From: Chiloscyllium plagiosum
Lineage: Eukaryota
Assembly: GCF_004010195.1 (NCBI RefSeq)
Contig: NC_057754.1
Coordinates: 7,737,214-7,757,213, forward strand
Direction: 5' to 3'
DNA length: 20,000 nt
Shown here: positions 1 through 8,834 of the stretch, in pieces
How the letters are laid out: each line of letters opens with the position of its first letter
Position numbering within the stretch: the stretch's first letter is position 1
The notes under the pieces: model-generated
Database searches by the model: none
Seen by the model: only the letters and a program-made list of their open reading frames with translations
Told to the model about the DNA's origin: nothing
Translations under genes and position numbers: made by a program

Positions 1-680
1 GGTTGTATTTTTTTTGAGGGGATGTGCTTGGGGGGTGGGGGGGGGAAGTGGGGAAACCCACTGGCTTAACATGCTTTTAAAAATAAAGCCCCGTCGAAGG
101 GAACATCGAAACAACTAAACATTAATTTTAGCTGGGGGCGAGGGAAGGGAAATTTTAAATAGTTGTTGGGGGGGGGAAGATAACCCGCAGAAAGTGGGTC
201 ACTGGCAAAGAGCTCACGGTGGTGTGCGAGGGGAAAACTTCTCGCAAGCGGTTAAAACGGAGGAGGTGAGCCATCAGTGCTCTATCGCACAGGTACCTTT
301 ACCCAAGAGAGAGCTGCGTCAGAGTTAGTCCTTTCTCCCTGACCACGCGTGTACTCGCAGCTGGAGGATTGATACCTTTTCACCAAGCAGACACCCACCC
401 GCATCCTGTTTTGATCGGCTTTCCAGTAAATGACCTTTGTGAGATTTTTTTTTTTGGGGTGCTTTAGCCGACGTGACGTTCAGACATCCTGATGTCTGAA
501 ATTCCATTCTCTCGAACAGGATGTTTTTTTTTTCAAACCTGTGCTTTTTTTTTACTACGAGAGAGAGAGAGAGAGTACAATTGTCCTCGCAAAGTCTCCA
601 CAGGCCCATTTTGTGTTCCACCAAACTCCCTCCACCCAGCCCATCATCTCAACCTCATCACCATGTCCTTTTCTCCCCTC

Positions 681-852
681 TTAAGAATCACACAACACCA
701 GGATACAGTCCAACAGGTTTGATTGGAGGCACTAGCTTTCAGAGCGCTGCTCCTTCATCAGGTGATTGAAAGCTAGGTGAGCTTCCAGTCAAACCTGTTG
801 GACTTTAACCTGGTGTTGTGTGAATTTTAAGTTTGTCCACCCCTGTCCAAAT
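681..852. mobile_element. Short Penelope-like element remnant with ~55-bp inverted repeat and imperfect target-site duplication
   Basis: 686-740 (aatcacacaacaccaggatacagtccaacaggtttgattggaggcactagctttc) is an imperfect inverted repeat of 768-826. Flanks catgtccttttctcccct (662-679) and catgacttttctcccct (853-869) are duplicated. The same sequence family recurs at 5735-5857. Family assignment is from recall of shark Penelope-like terminal repeats plus the hammerhead motif. Confidence 0.65.
730..764 (-). ncRNA. Minimal type I hammerhead ribozyme motif (Penelope-type)
   Basis: Minus strand reads CAC-CTGATGA-A-GGAGC-AGC-GCTCT-GAAA-GC-TA-GTG: stem I CAC/GTG, core CUGAUGA, stem II GGAGC/GCUCU, GAAA, loopless palindromic stem III (AGCU), cleavage triplet CUA. 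Confidence 0.65.
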
Positions 853-971
853 CATGACTTTTCTCCCCTTGACTTTATCCATCAGTCCTCCGAGGAACGT
901 GTCTGTTGTATTCACATCTGCGGTTGATATTTCCACACTCGCCCACTCTCTGGTGAAGGAGGTTTCTCCCA

Positions 972-1774
972 TGGAATTCCGATGTGGAAGCAGGCCATTC
1001 AGCCCACACCAAACCCGTCCCCTTCCCAGGGAGCATCCCATCCAGACTCATCCCTCTGCTCTATACCTGCATTTCCCATGACTAATGCACTTAAGCTGCA
1101 CCTCCCTGAACACTGTGGGCAAGTTAGCACGGCCAATCCACCCTAACCTGCACATCCCTGGACACTATGGACAATTTAGCACGGCCAATCCACCCTAACC
1201 TGCACACCCCTGGGCACTATGGGACAATTTAGCATGGCCAATCCCCCCAACCTGCACATCCCTGGGCACTATGGGACAATTTAGCACGGCCAATCCCCCC
1301 TAACCTGCATGTCCCTGTGCACTATGGGACAATTTAGCGCGGCCAATCCATCCTAACCTGCCCATCCCTGACACTATGGGACAATTTAGCACGGCCAGTG
1401 CACCCTAACCTGCACACCTCTCGGCACTATGGGACAATTTAGCATGGCCAATCCACCCTAACCTGCACGTCCCTGGGCACTATGGGACAATTTAGCACGG
1501 CCAATCCCCCCTAACCTGCATGTCCCTGGGCACTATGGGACAATTTAGCATGGCCAATCCACCCTAACCTGCACATCCCTGGACACTATGGGACAATTTA
1601 GCATGGCCAATCCACCCTAAGCTGCAAATCTTTGGACTCTGGGAGGAAACCAGAGCATCCAGATAAAACCCCACGCAGACATGGGGAGAACGTGCAAACT
1701 CCACACAGTCGCCCGATGGTGGGATTGAACCCGGGTCCCTGATGCTGTGAGGCAGCAGTGCTAACCACTGAGCC
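972..1774 (-). mobile_element. HE1-type tRNA-derived V-SINE with expanded internal 53-bp array
   Basis: Minus-strand head ggctcagtggttagcactgctgcctcacagcatcagggacccgggttcaatccc (A/B boxes), V-domain-like gtgtggagtttgcacgttctccccatgtctgcgtgggg, and a LINE-like tail near 972-1085. Confidence 0.88.
1087..1614. repeat. 53-bp minisatellite, ~10 units, inside the HE1 SINE
   Basis: Unit ccctaacctgcacatccctgggcactatgggacaatttagcacggccaatcca repeated head to tail with small variants. Confidence 0.95.
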
Positions 1775-2163
1775 CTTCCTTCGATTATTTATGGCTCTGC
1801 ATTCCTTTGAGAAGGAAACCTACTTTGTCCCTGGGATTTGGATGCCGTTGGTTAGACCAGTATTTACTGTCTGGGCTGTTGCAACCATCAGACAACCATT
1901 GGCAAGTTCCCATTTAACACCTGCCCTTATCCCTGCTATAAACTTTGAATCCCCTAACAAAAACCTCCAGCTTAATAGCCCTATCTCTGCCAACTTCAGA
2001 GATGCAGAGATCACCCCTCTGAGAGGAAAACGGCTCCTCTTGATAGATTTCCGTGTGTTCATGTTCTAACCCTCACCGAAATCTTGTTGTATTCCTCGTT
2101 CGTCTACACTATTCCAAAGCTGCAAAGCAATAAATGATATTTTTAAAACGGGTGCAAGTGGGT

Positions 2164-2265
2164 ACTGCAGGTGCTGGAGATTGGAGTCAAGATGAGAGTG
2201 GTGCTGGAAAAGCACAGCAGGTCAGGCAGGGTCCGAGTGCACGAGAATCGATGTTTCGGGCAAAA
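2164..2265. mobile_element. Penelope-like terminal fragment (second family), truncated
   Basis: actgcaggtgctggaga...gtggtgctggaaaagcacagcaggtcaggcag...gagaatcgatgtttcgggc is clearly similar to 6719-6836. It ends just after tttcgggc. Confidence 0.55.
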
Positions 2266-2281
2266 TTTGATCCAACCCACT

Positions 2282-2790
2282 CTATCTTAGAATCCCTACA
2301 GTGTAGAAACAGGCCGTTCGGCCCAACAAGTCCACACCGACCCTCTGAAGAGTATCACAATCAAATCCATTCCCTATTACTCTACATTCATCCCTGACTA
2401 ATGCACCTAACTTGCACACCCCTGGGCACTATGGGACAATTTAGCACGGCCAATCCACCCTAACCTGCACATCCCTGGACACTATGGGACAATTTAGCAT
2501 GGCCAATCCACCCTAACCTGCACATCCCTGGGCACTATGGGACAATTTAGCACGGCCAATCCACCCTAACCTGCACATCCCTGGACACTATGGGACAATT
2601 TAGCGTGGCCAATCCACCCTAACCTGCACATCTTTGGACTGTGGGAGGAACCCGGAGCACCCAGAGGAAACCCACGCAGACACGGGGAGAACGTGTAAAC
2701 TCCACACAGACAATCGATCGAGGCCGGAATCGAACCCAGGTCCCTGGCGCTATGAGGCAGCAGTGCTAACCACTGAGCCACTGTGCCACC
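2282..2790 (-). mobile_element. HE1-type V-SINE, near full length, with 4 internal 53-bp units
   Basis: Minus-strand head ggtggcacagtggctcagtggttagcactgctgcctcatagcgccagggacctgggttcgattcc; 53-bp units at ~2405-2616; tail ...ttgttgggccgaacggcctgtttctacactgtagggattc. Confidence 0.92.
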
Positions 2791-2934
2791 ATAAAGCGGC
2801 GATTATTGCTAACTGCCCTTTGTAAAGGTGAGTGGTGAGCTGCCTTCTTGAACTGCCGCAGTCTATCTGGTATAGGTGGACCCACATTGGGAAGTGAGGT
2901 CAGGGACCAAAGGTTGACTGATTAACGTTGACTG

Positions 2935-3367
2935 ATATAGAGGAAGGCGGGGATATAGAGGAGATTCACCAGGATGTTGCCTGGGAGGGAGCATTTCAAC
3001 TATGGAGAGAGGCTGGATAAGCTCGGGTTGCTTTCTTTGGAGCAGTTGGGGGGTTGGGTGGTGCCTGACAGAGGTGTAGAAGATTATGAGGGTGGATAGA
3101 AAGCAGCTTAGAGGAAGGGTCAAGAACAGGAGCATAGGTTTAAAGTGAAAGACAGGAGGTTTAGAGGGGATTTGAGGAAAAATAGAGGGTGGAGTGGGTC
3201 CGAAATGGAGGATAGTTGAGACAGGAAACCTTACAACCGGTACTTGAATGAGCACTTGAAGTGTCATAACATTCAAAACGCTATGGCTAGTGCAAGCAAG
3301 TGGGACTGGAGTGTTTTTTTGAGCAGTACAATCTTGATGGGCTGAAGGGCCTGTATGGTTCTATGAA
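2935..3367 (+). mobile_element. CR1-clade LINE, degraded 3' end
   Basis: agattcaccaggatgttgcctggg (RFTRMLPG), tatggagagaggctggataagctcggg (YGERLDKLG), and tail gatgggctgaagggcctg...ttctatga. Confidence 0.85.
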
Positions 3368-3414
3368 TGTGGACTGCTTGAGGCCTGAATAGTGGCAGTG
3401 CGTTCAAGAAGAGG

Positions 3415-3835
3415 TGGTGGCGTTGCGGGAACGTCACAGGTTCACTGATCCGGTGAGTCAGGCTAATGGTCTTGGAGGCATGAGTTCAAATCCCATCACG
3501 GCAATCGGTGGAATTTGAGCTCAACAGATGAACCTGGAAGTTGAGGCCATGGTGATTGTCATAAAAACACATGGGCTGGTTCACCGAAGCCCTCAAGGGA
3601 AGCACATTCCCTTCACTAAACTGGTCTGGCCTACATGTGACTCCAGACCCCTCACAAATTAACTGCTCCTAACAGTTGTATCAAACTACTACCCCAGTCT
3701 AAAAGGAATGCACTGCATTGATTTGAAAGGTAGCTCATCACCTAACATTTTGGAGGGAGATTAACATGACCTCAAGGCGTATTTAGGGACAGGCAACAAA
3801 TTCGGGCCTAGCTAGGATTGCCTACATTCTGTGGA
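3415..3835 (+). mobile_element. Old tRNA-derived SINE with LINE-like tail (family not resolved)
   Basis: B-box-like gagttcaaatccc at ~3482, body motif ctggtctggcctacatgtgactccagaccc, and a tail resembling the segments at 9240-9300 and 14535-14610. Confidence 0.5.
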
Positions 3836-4642
3836 CAAGTACGTCAACTGGATAAATACATGGTGGAAGAGGGAGGTAAAGAAATAGGTAGAAAGACAGG
3901 GGTAAGGTGAAGAGGGGTTGGCCTATTTTCATGCTGCACATTTCTATTCATGTCAGATTGACCACATCTTCTCCTCCCTGGAGATGGTAAGGGAGGAGAT
4001 GAGAAGGGGGAATAATGGGAGCAAGATGGTCTTGGGGATTGACTGTCCTGCTTTGCCACCTTTGCAATTAATTTCTAGGCACAAAGTTCCACTTTCTCAA
4101 CCTGCTGCTAATTAAGTCCATTAACTGATCACTTAATGGCTAGTTAAGGCACTCAAGCCCACTTCTTCCATCATCTACCTCTGTGTCCAGGGTGCAGGGA
4201 TGGATTGTATGGCTGCCAAACTGGCTGATGACACAAAGATATGTAAGTTGTGAAAGGGACATTAAGGGGGCTATAAAACAAGAGAGACTGGCTAAGTATG
4301 TGAGCAAAGATCTGGAAAATGGTGTCCAATGTGACAGCAAGTATTTATGTGATCAAAATGCTGAGAGATTGCAGAGCTTTGAGATGCAGAGAGATCTGGG
4401 TGTCCTCATGCACAAATTACAAAAGGCTAGCGTACAGGCACAGCAGGGATTTAGGAAATTTAATAGAATGCATGGTTTATCGTGAGAGGAATTGAATACA
4501 AAAGTAGGGAGGTTATGCTTCAGGTCTGCAGGGCACTGGTTGGACTCCATCTGGAATACTGTGTACTGTATTCATCTCTTCTCATTCAAAGGAAGATGGA
4601 AATGTGTTCAAAGCAACTCAGAGAGGGTTTGTTAAATTAATA

Positions 4643-5493
4643 GAACATAGAACAGTGCAGCACAGGACTGGGACCTTTGGCCCACTATGTTGTGCCAAAC
4701 ATAGACTACAACAGCGCAGTACAGGCCGTTCGCCCCTCGATGTTGCGCTGACCTGTGAAATCAATCTGAAGCTCATCTAGCCTACACTATTTCCATTCTT
4801 GTCCATTTACCTATCCAATGACCATTTAAATGCCCTTAAAGTCGGTGAGTCCACTACTGTTGCAGGCAGGGCATTCCATGCCCCCTACTTCTCCCCGAGT
4901 AAAGAAACTAGCTCTGACATCTGTACTATATCTATCACCCCTCAATTTAAAGCTATGTCCGCTCTTGCTAGCCATCGCCATCCAAGGAAAAAGGCTCTCA
5001 CTGTCCAATGTGATGCCAAATTAAACTAATCCCTTGTGTCTGCCCATGGTTCACATTAATCTGTTCTTTGCATATTCATTCCCTTCTGTAAAAATTGCTT
5101 AAACACCCCAATCATATCTGCCTCAACACCACCCCTAGCAGCATGTTCTAGACTTCTACCACCCTCTGTATAAAAAACATGCCCCTCACATCTCCTTTGA
5201 ACCTCCCCCCCCCACCACCCACCTTAAATGCATGCCATATAATTTCAGACATTTCAACTCTGGGAAAAAGATTCCGATCATCAACCTCATCTATGCATCT
5301 CATAATTTTATAGACTTCTATTACGTCTCCCCTCAGTCTCCACCTCTCCAGAGAAAACAACCTGAGTTTTTCTAGCTTCAGCTTACAGTCCATACGCTTT
5401 GATCCAGGCAGCATCCTGGTAATTGTCTTCTGCGCCCTCTCCCAGGCCTCCACATCCTTCCTGTGATGTGGCGGCCAGAATCGAATGCGATGA
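4643..5493 (-). mobile_element. CR1-clade LINE 3' end inserted in the plus-strand LINE, itself interrupted
   Basis: ORF 5148-5453 has ERAQKTITRMLPG...LEKLRLFSLERWRLRGDVIEVYKIMR. Tail agaacatagaacagtgcagcacagg at ~4642. Flanked by a taata duplication (4638-4642 and 5494-5498). Confidence 0.85.
4701..5008 (-). mobile_element. CR1-clade LINE 3' end (different subfamily), innermost nested insertion
   Basis: Own tail atagactacaacagcgcagtacaggccgttcgcccctcgatgttg. ORF 4826-5008 has DSESLFPWMAMASKSGHSFKLRGDRYSTDVRASFFT, typical of a CR1 ORF2 C-terminus. Confidence 0.8.
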
Positions 5494-5734
5494 TAATACC
5501 TGAGTTGTTTTATGAGGAAAGGCTGGACAGGCTGGGCTTGCCTCCACTGGAGTTTGGACGACTAAGCGGTGACTTGCTTGAAAGATGTGGAGAGAATGCT
5601 TCCTGTCATAGAGAGAATTGAGAATGAGGCGCCAATCTTCCAAATGAAGGGGTCAGCCATTTGAGACACTGATGAGGCGAGAGGGTCAGGAGTCACAGAG
5701 CGTCAAGAATCTTTGGAGTCCTCTTCCTTAAAAG

Positions 5735-5857
5735 TTTAAAAATCACAACGCACCAGGTTACCGTCCAACAGGTTTATTTGGAAGCACTAGCTTTCAGAGC
5801 GCTGCTCCATCATCAGGTTGTGTGATTTTTAAACTTTGCGCACCCCAGTCCAAACCA
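5735..5857. mobile_element. Penelope-like remnant (same family as 681-852) with target-site duplication
   Basis: aaaatcacaacgcaccaggttaccgtccaacaggtttatttggaagcactagctttcagagcgctgctccatcatcagg, then inverted ttgtgtgatttttaaactttg. Flanks ttccttaaaag (5724-5734) and ttcctaaaaag (5858-5868). Confidence 0.7.
5785..5819 (-). ncRNA. Minimal hammerhead ribozyme motif (second copy)
   Basis: Minus strand AAC-CTGATGA-T-GGAGC-AGC-GCTCT-GAAA-GC-TA-GTG; stem I is shortened by the inversion junction. Confidence 0.55.
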
Positions 5858-6037
5858 TTCCTAAAAAGGCAGTGGAAGCAGAGTCTTTGAATATTTTTAC
5901 AGCAGATGCCGAGTAAGCAATGAGGGGGAGTGGGATGGCGAAGTTGAGGTGGCAGTCCGATCAGCCATGGTTTTATGAAATGTACAAGCCAGCTGGAGGG
6001 CTAAATGTGCTACTGCTCCTTGTCTGTATGTTCGATA

Positions 6038-6245
6038 AGATGACCTCTCAATTTGCCTTTCTAATCACTTGCTGGACCTGCACACTAACCTTTTGGGTTT
6101 CATGTACCAAGAGCATTCAGAGCTCCCGTACCGCAGTGTTGTGCAATCTCTCCCCACTTAAAGTGTTTGATGCTTTTTAAAAAATTCATCCTGTTAAATT
6201 GAACAAGATTGCACTTTCCCATTTTATAGTCCTGCTGCCAATTTT
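6038..6245 (-). mobile_element. Old CR1-clade LINE internal fragment
   Basis: gcctttctaatcacttgctggacctgcacactaaccttttgggtttcatgtacc...gttgtgcaatctctccccac is the reverse complement of a CR1 segment like that at 6875-6990 (GERL...VHE...QVQQVIRK). Confidence 0.7.
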
Positions 6246-6247
6246 AT

Positions 6248-7567
6248 TGTGGTGAATGGAGGGGAACAGGTGGATGTAGTATACTTGGATTTCCAGAAGG
6301 TGTTTGATAAGATGCCACATAAAAGACTCACCCCTAAGATAAGAATGCATGGAGTAGAGGGGAATGTACTAGCGTGGATAGAGGACTGGTTAATCAATAG
6401 AAAGCAGAGAGTTGGGATAAATGGGTGTTTCTCTGGTTGGAAATAAGTGGTGAGCGGGGTGTCAAGGGGCCGGTGTGGACCCACAACTGTTCCTGATATA
6501 TATAAATGCTTTGGAAGAGGAGACTGAGTGTAACGTATCCAAGTTTGCTGATGACACTTTATTGAGTGGAAAGGCAAACTGTGCAGGAGATGCGGAGGGT
6601 CTGCAGAGAGATTTAGATGCAGTGTGAGCGAGCAAGGGTCTGGCAGGTGGAGCACAATGTTGGTAAATGTGAGGTTATTCACTTTGGAAGTAAAAATAGT
6701 AGGTCAGAGTATTATTTAGGGAGAAAGTGAGGTCTGCAGATGCTGGAGATCAGAGCTGAAAATGTGTTGCTGGAACTGCGCAGCAGGTCAGGCAGCATCC
6801 AAGGAACAGGAGAATCGACGTTTCGGGCATAAGCCCTGTTCCAGCAACACATTTTCAGCAGAGTATTATTTAAATGGTGAAAGACTGCAGCATGCTGTTG
6901 TGCAGCAGGACTTAGGAGAGCTCGTACATGAATCACTAAAATTTGATTTGCAGGTACAACAGGTGATCAGCAAGGCAAACGGAATATTAGCTTTCATTGC
7001 TAGAGGGATTGAATTTAAGAGCAGGGAGGTTCTGCTGCGATTGTACCTGGAGTATTGTGTGGAGTTCTAGTCTCCTTTCTTGAGGAAGGATATACTGGCT
7101 TTGGAGGGGGTGCAGAGGAGGTTCACTGGCTTGATTCTGCAGTTGAGGGGGTTACCCTATGAGGAGAGGTTGAGCTCCCTGGGACTGTACTTGCTAGAAT
7201 TTAGAGGGATGCGAGGGCATCTGATAGAAACATTCAAAATTATGAAAGGAATAGATAAGGTAGAGGTTGTTTCCACTGGTGGGTGAGACTAGGACCAGGG
7301 ACATGGCCTCAAGATTAGGGGGAGTAGATTTAGAGATGTGGAGGAACTGCTTTTCTCAGAGAGTAGCGAATCTATGGAAATCTCTGTAAAGACAGCTTCA
7401 TTAAATATAGTCAAGACACAACTGGATGGGTTTTTACATGGTCGGGGAAGTTAAGGGTTATGGGGATAATGCAGACAGGAGCAGCTGAGACGATGGATAG
7501 ATCAGCCATGGTCTTAATGAATGGCAGAGCAGGTTGATGGGCCAAATGGCCTACTCCTGCTCCTAAT
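6248..7567 (+). mobile_element. CR1/HER1-type LINE, RT domain to 3' end, pseudogenised
   Basis: VDVVYLDFQKVFDKMPHKRL...WIEDWLINRKQRVGING, aagtttgctgatgacact (KFADDT), KANGILAFIARGIEFKSREV, LEGVQRRFTGLI...YEERLSSLGLY. Stops and frameshifts present. Tail gatgggccaaatggcctactcctgctcctaat abuts the gap. Confidence 0.93.
6719..6858. mobile_element. 140-bp Penelope-like insertion with perfect 14-bp target-site duplication and inverted end
   Basis: cagagtattattta occurs at 6705-6718 and 6859-6872. Internal gctgaaaatgtgttgctggaa is inverted as ttccagcaacacattttcagc at the right end. Minus strand keeps the half-hammerhead GGGC-TTAT-GCCC-GAAA-CG-TC. Confidence 0.75.
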
Positions 7568-8067
7568 NNNNNNNNNNNNNNNNNNNNNNNNNNNNNNNNN
7601 NNNNNNNNNNNNNNNNNNNNNNNNNNNNNNNNNNNNNNNNNNNNNNNNNNNNNNNNNNNNNNNNNNNNNNNNNNNNNNNNNNNNNNNNNNNNNNNNNNNN
7701 NNNNNNNNNNNNNNNNNNNNNNNNNNNNNNNNNNNNNNNNNNNNNNNNNNNNNNNNNNNNNNNNNNNNNNNNNNNNNNNNNNNNNNNNNNNNNNNNNNNN
7801 NNNNNNNNNNNNNNNNNNNNNNNNNNNNNNNNNNNNNNNNNNNNNNNNNNNNNNNNNNNNNNNNNNNNNNNNNNNNNNNNNNNNNNNNNNNNNNNNNNNN
7901 NNNNNNNNNNNNNNNNNNNNNNNNNNNNNNNNNNNNNNNNNNNNNNNNNNNNNNNNNNNNNNNNNNNNNNNNNNNNNNNNNNNNNNNNNNNNNNNNNNNN
8001 NNNNNNNNNNNNNNNNNNNNNNNNNNNNNNNNNNNNNNNNNNNNNNNNNNNNNNNNNNNNNNNNNNN
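7568..8067. other. Assembly gap (500 N)
   Basis: Run of N; the round number suggests an arbitrary scaffold-join size. Confidence 0.99.
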
Positions 8068-8099
8068 CAGAGAGTGGGGGCGGGTTCATCTGGAGGGAT

Positions 8100-8230
8100 G
8101 GCCCTGGGCCGTCATTTAACGTTCGACAAACGTCAGCGACACACAGACCTGTTGGTCGTTATCATATTGCTATTTGTGGAATCTTGCTGCCACGTCTCCC
8201 TACGTTACCGTGGTGCTATATAAATAAATG
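8100..8230 (+). mobile_element. DeuSINE-like (SacSINE1/AmnSINE1-related) 3' remnant
   Basis: ggtcgttatcatattgctatttgtggaatcttgctg...cctacgttac and terminal gtgctatataaata resemble the recalled Deu-domain consensus. Confidence 0.55.
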
Positions 8231-8231
8231 T

Positions 8232-8797
8232 CAGAGATATACAGCATGCAAATAGACCCTTCGGTCCAACCCGTCCATGCTGACCAGATATCCCAACCCA
8301 ATCTAGTCCCACCTGCCAGCACCCGGCCCACAGCCCTCCAAACCCTTCCTATTCATATACCCATCCAGATGCCTATTCAATGTTGTCATTGTACCAGCCT
8401 CCACCACTTCCTCTGGCAGCTCATTCCATACACGTACCACCCTCTGTGTGAAAAAGTTGCCCCTTAGGTCTCGTTTATATCTTACCCCTCTCACCCTAAA
8501 CCTATGCCCTCTCGTTCTGGACTCCCCGACCCCAGGGAAAAGACCTTGCCTATTTATCCTGTCCGTGTCCCTCATAATTTTATAAACTTCCATAAGGTCA
8601 CCCCTCAGCCTCTGACGCTCCAGGGAAAACAGCCCCAGCCTGTTCAGCCACTCCCTGTAGCTCAAACCCTCCAACCCTGGAAACATCCTTGTAAATCTTT
8701 TCTGAACCCTTTCAAGTTTCACAACATCCTTCCGATAGGAAGGAGTCCAGAATTGCACGCAATATTCCAATAGTGGCCTAACCAATGTCCTGTACAG
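8232..8797 (-). mobile_element. Young 5'-truncated CR1/HER1-type LINE 3' end with an uninterrupted ORF2 C-terminus
   Basis: Open frame LYRTLVRPLLEYCVQFWTPSYRKDVVKLERVQKRFTRMFPGLEGLSYREWLNRLGLFSLE...FFTQRVVRVWNELPEEVVEAG...GAGRWD* (stop at 8303), followed by a short 3' UTR. Confidence 0.93.
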
Positions 8798-8834
8798 TCT
8801 TTTGACTCTTTCCAATCTCTGTCTGAGAGGTACA

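Larger units (their letters stand above)
4190..6035 (+). mobile_element. CR1-clade LINE (RT C-terminal half plus 3' end) split by nested insertions
   Basis: aaactggctgatgacacaaag (KLADDTK), cagagagatctgggtgtcctc (QRDLGVL), catctggaatactgtgta (HLEYCV). Host sequence breaks at 4642 and resumes at 5494 (taatacctgag...tatgaggaaaggctggacaggctgggc), breaks again at 5735-5857, and ends with a tail at ~5950-6035. Confidence 0.8.

Noticed and set aside
1087..1614. CRISPR-like or telomeric array (TTAGGG in each unit)
   Set aside because: Units are head to tail with no unique spacers, no cas genes, vertebrate context; only one TTAGGG per 53 bp.
2715..2790. tRNA gene (also 1700-1774, 16250-16320, 19729-19800)
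   Set aside because: tRNA-derived SINE heads continuing into V-domain-like sequence and LINE tails; no complete cloverleaf.
6249..7286. Functional or domesticated reverse transcriptase
   Set aside because: Fragmented by stops, frameshifts and an insertion; ordinary dead CR1 copy.
7514..8255. ORFs of 191 and 244 aa
   Set aside because: Mostly N gap.
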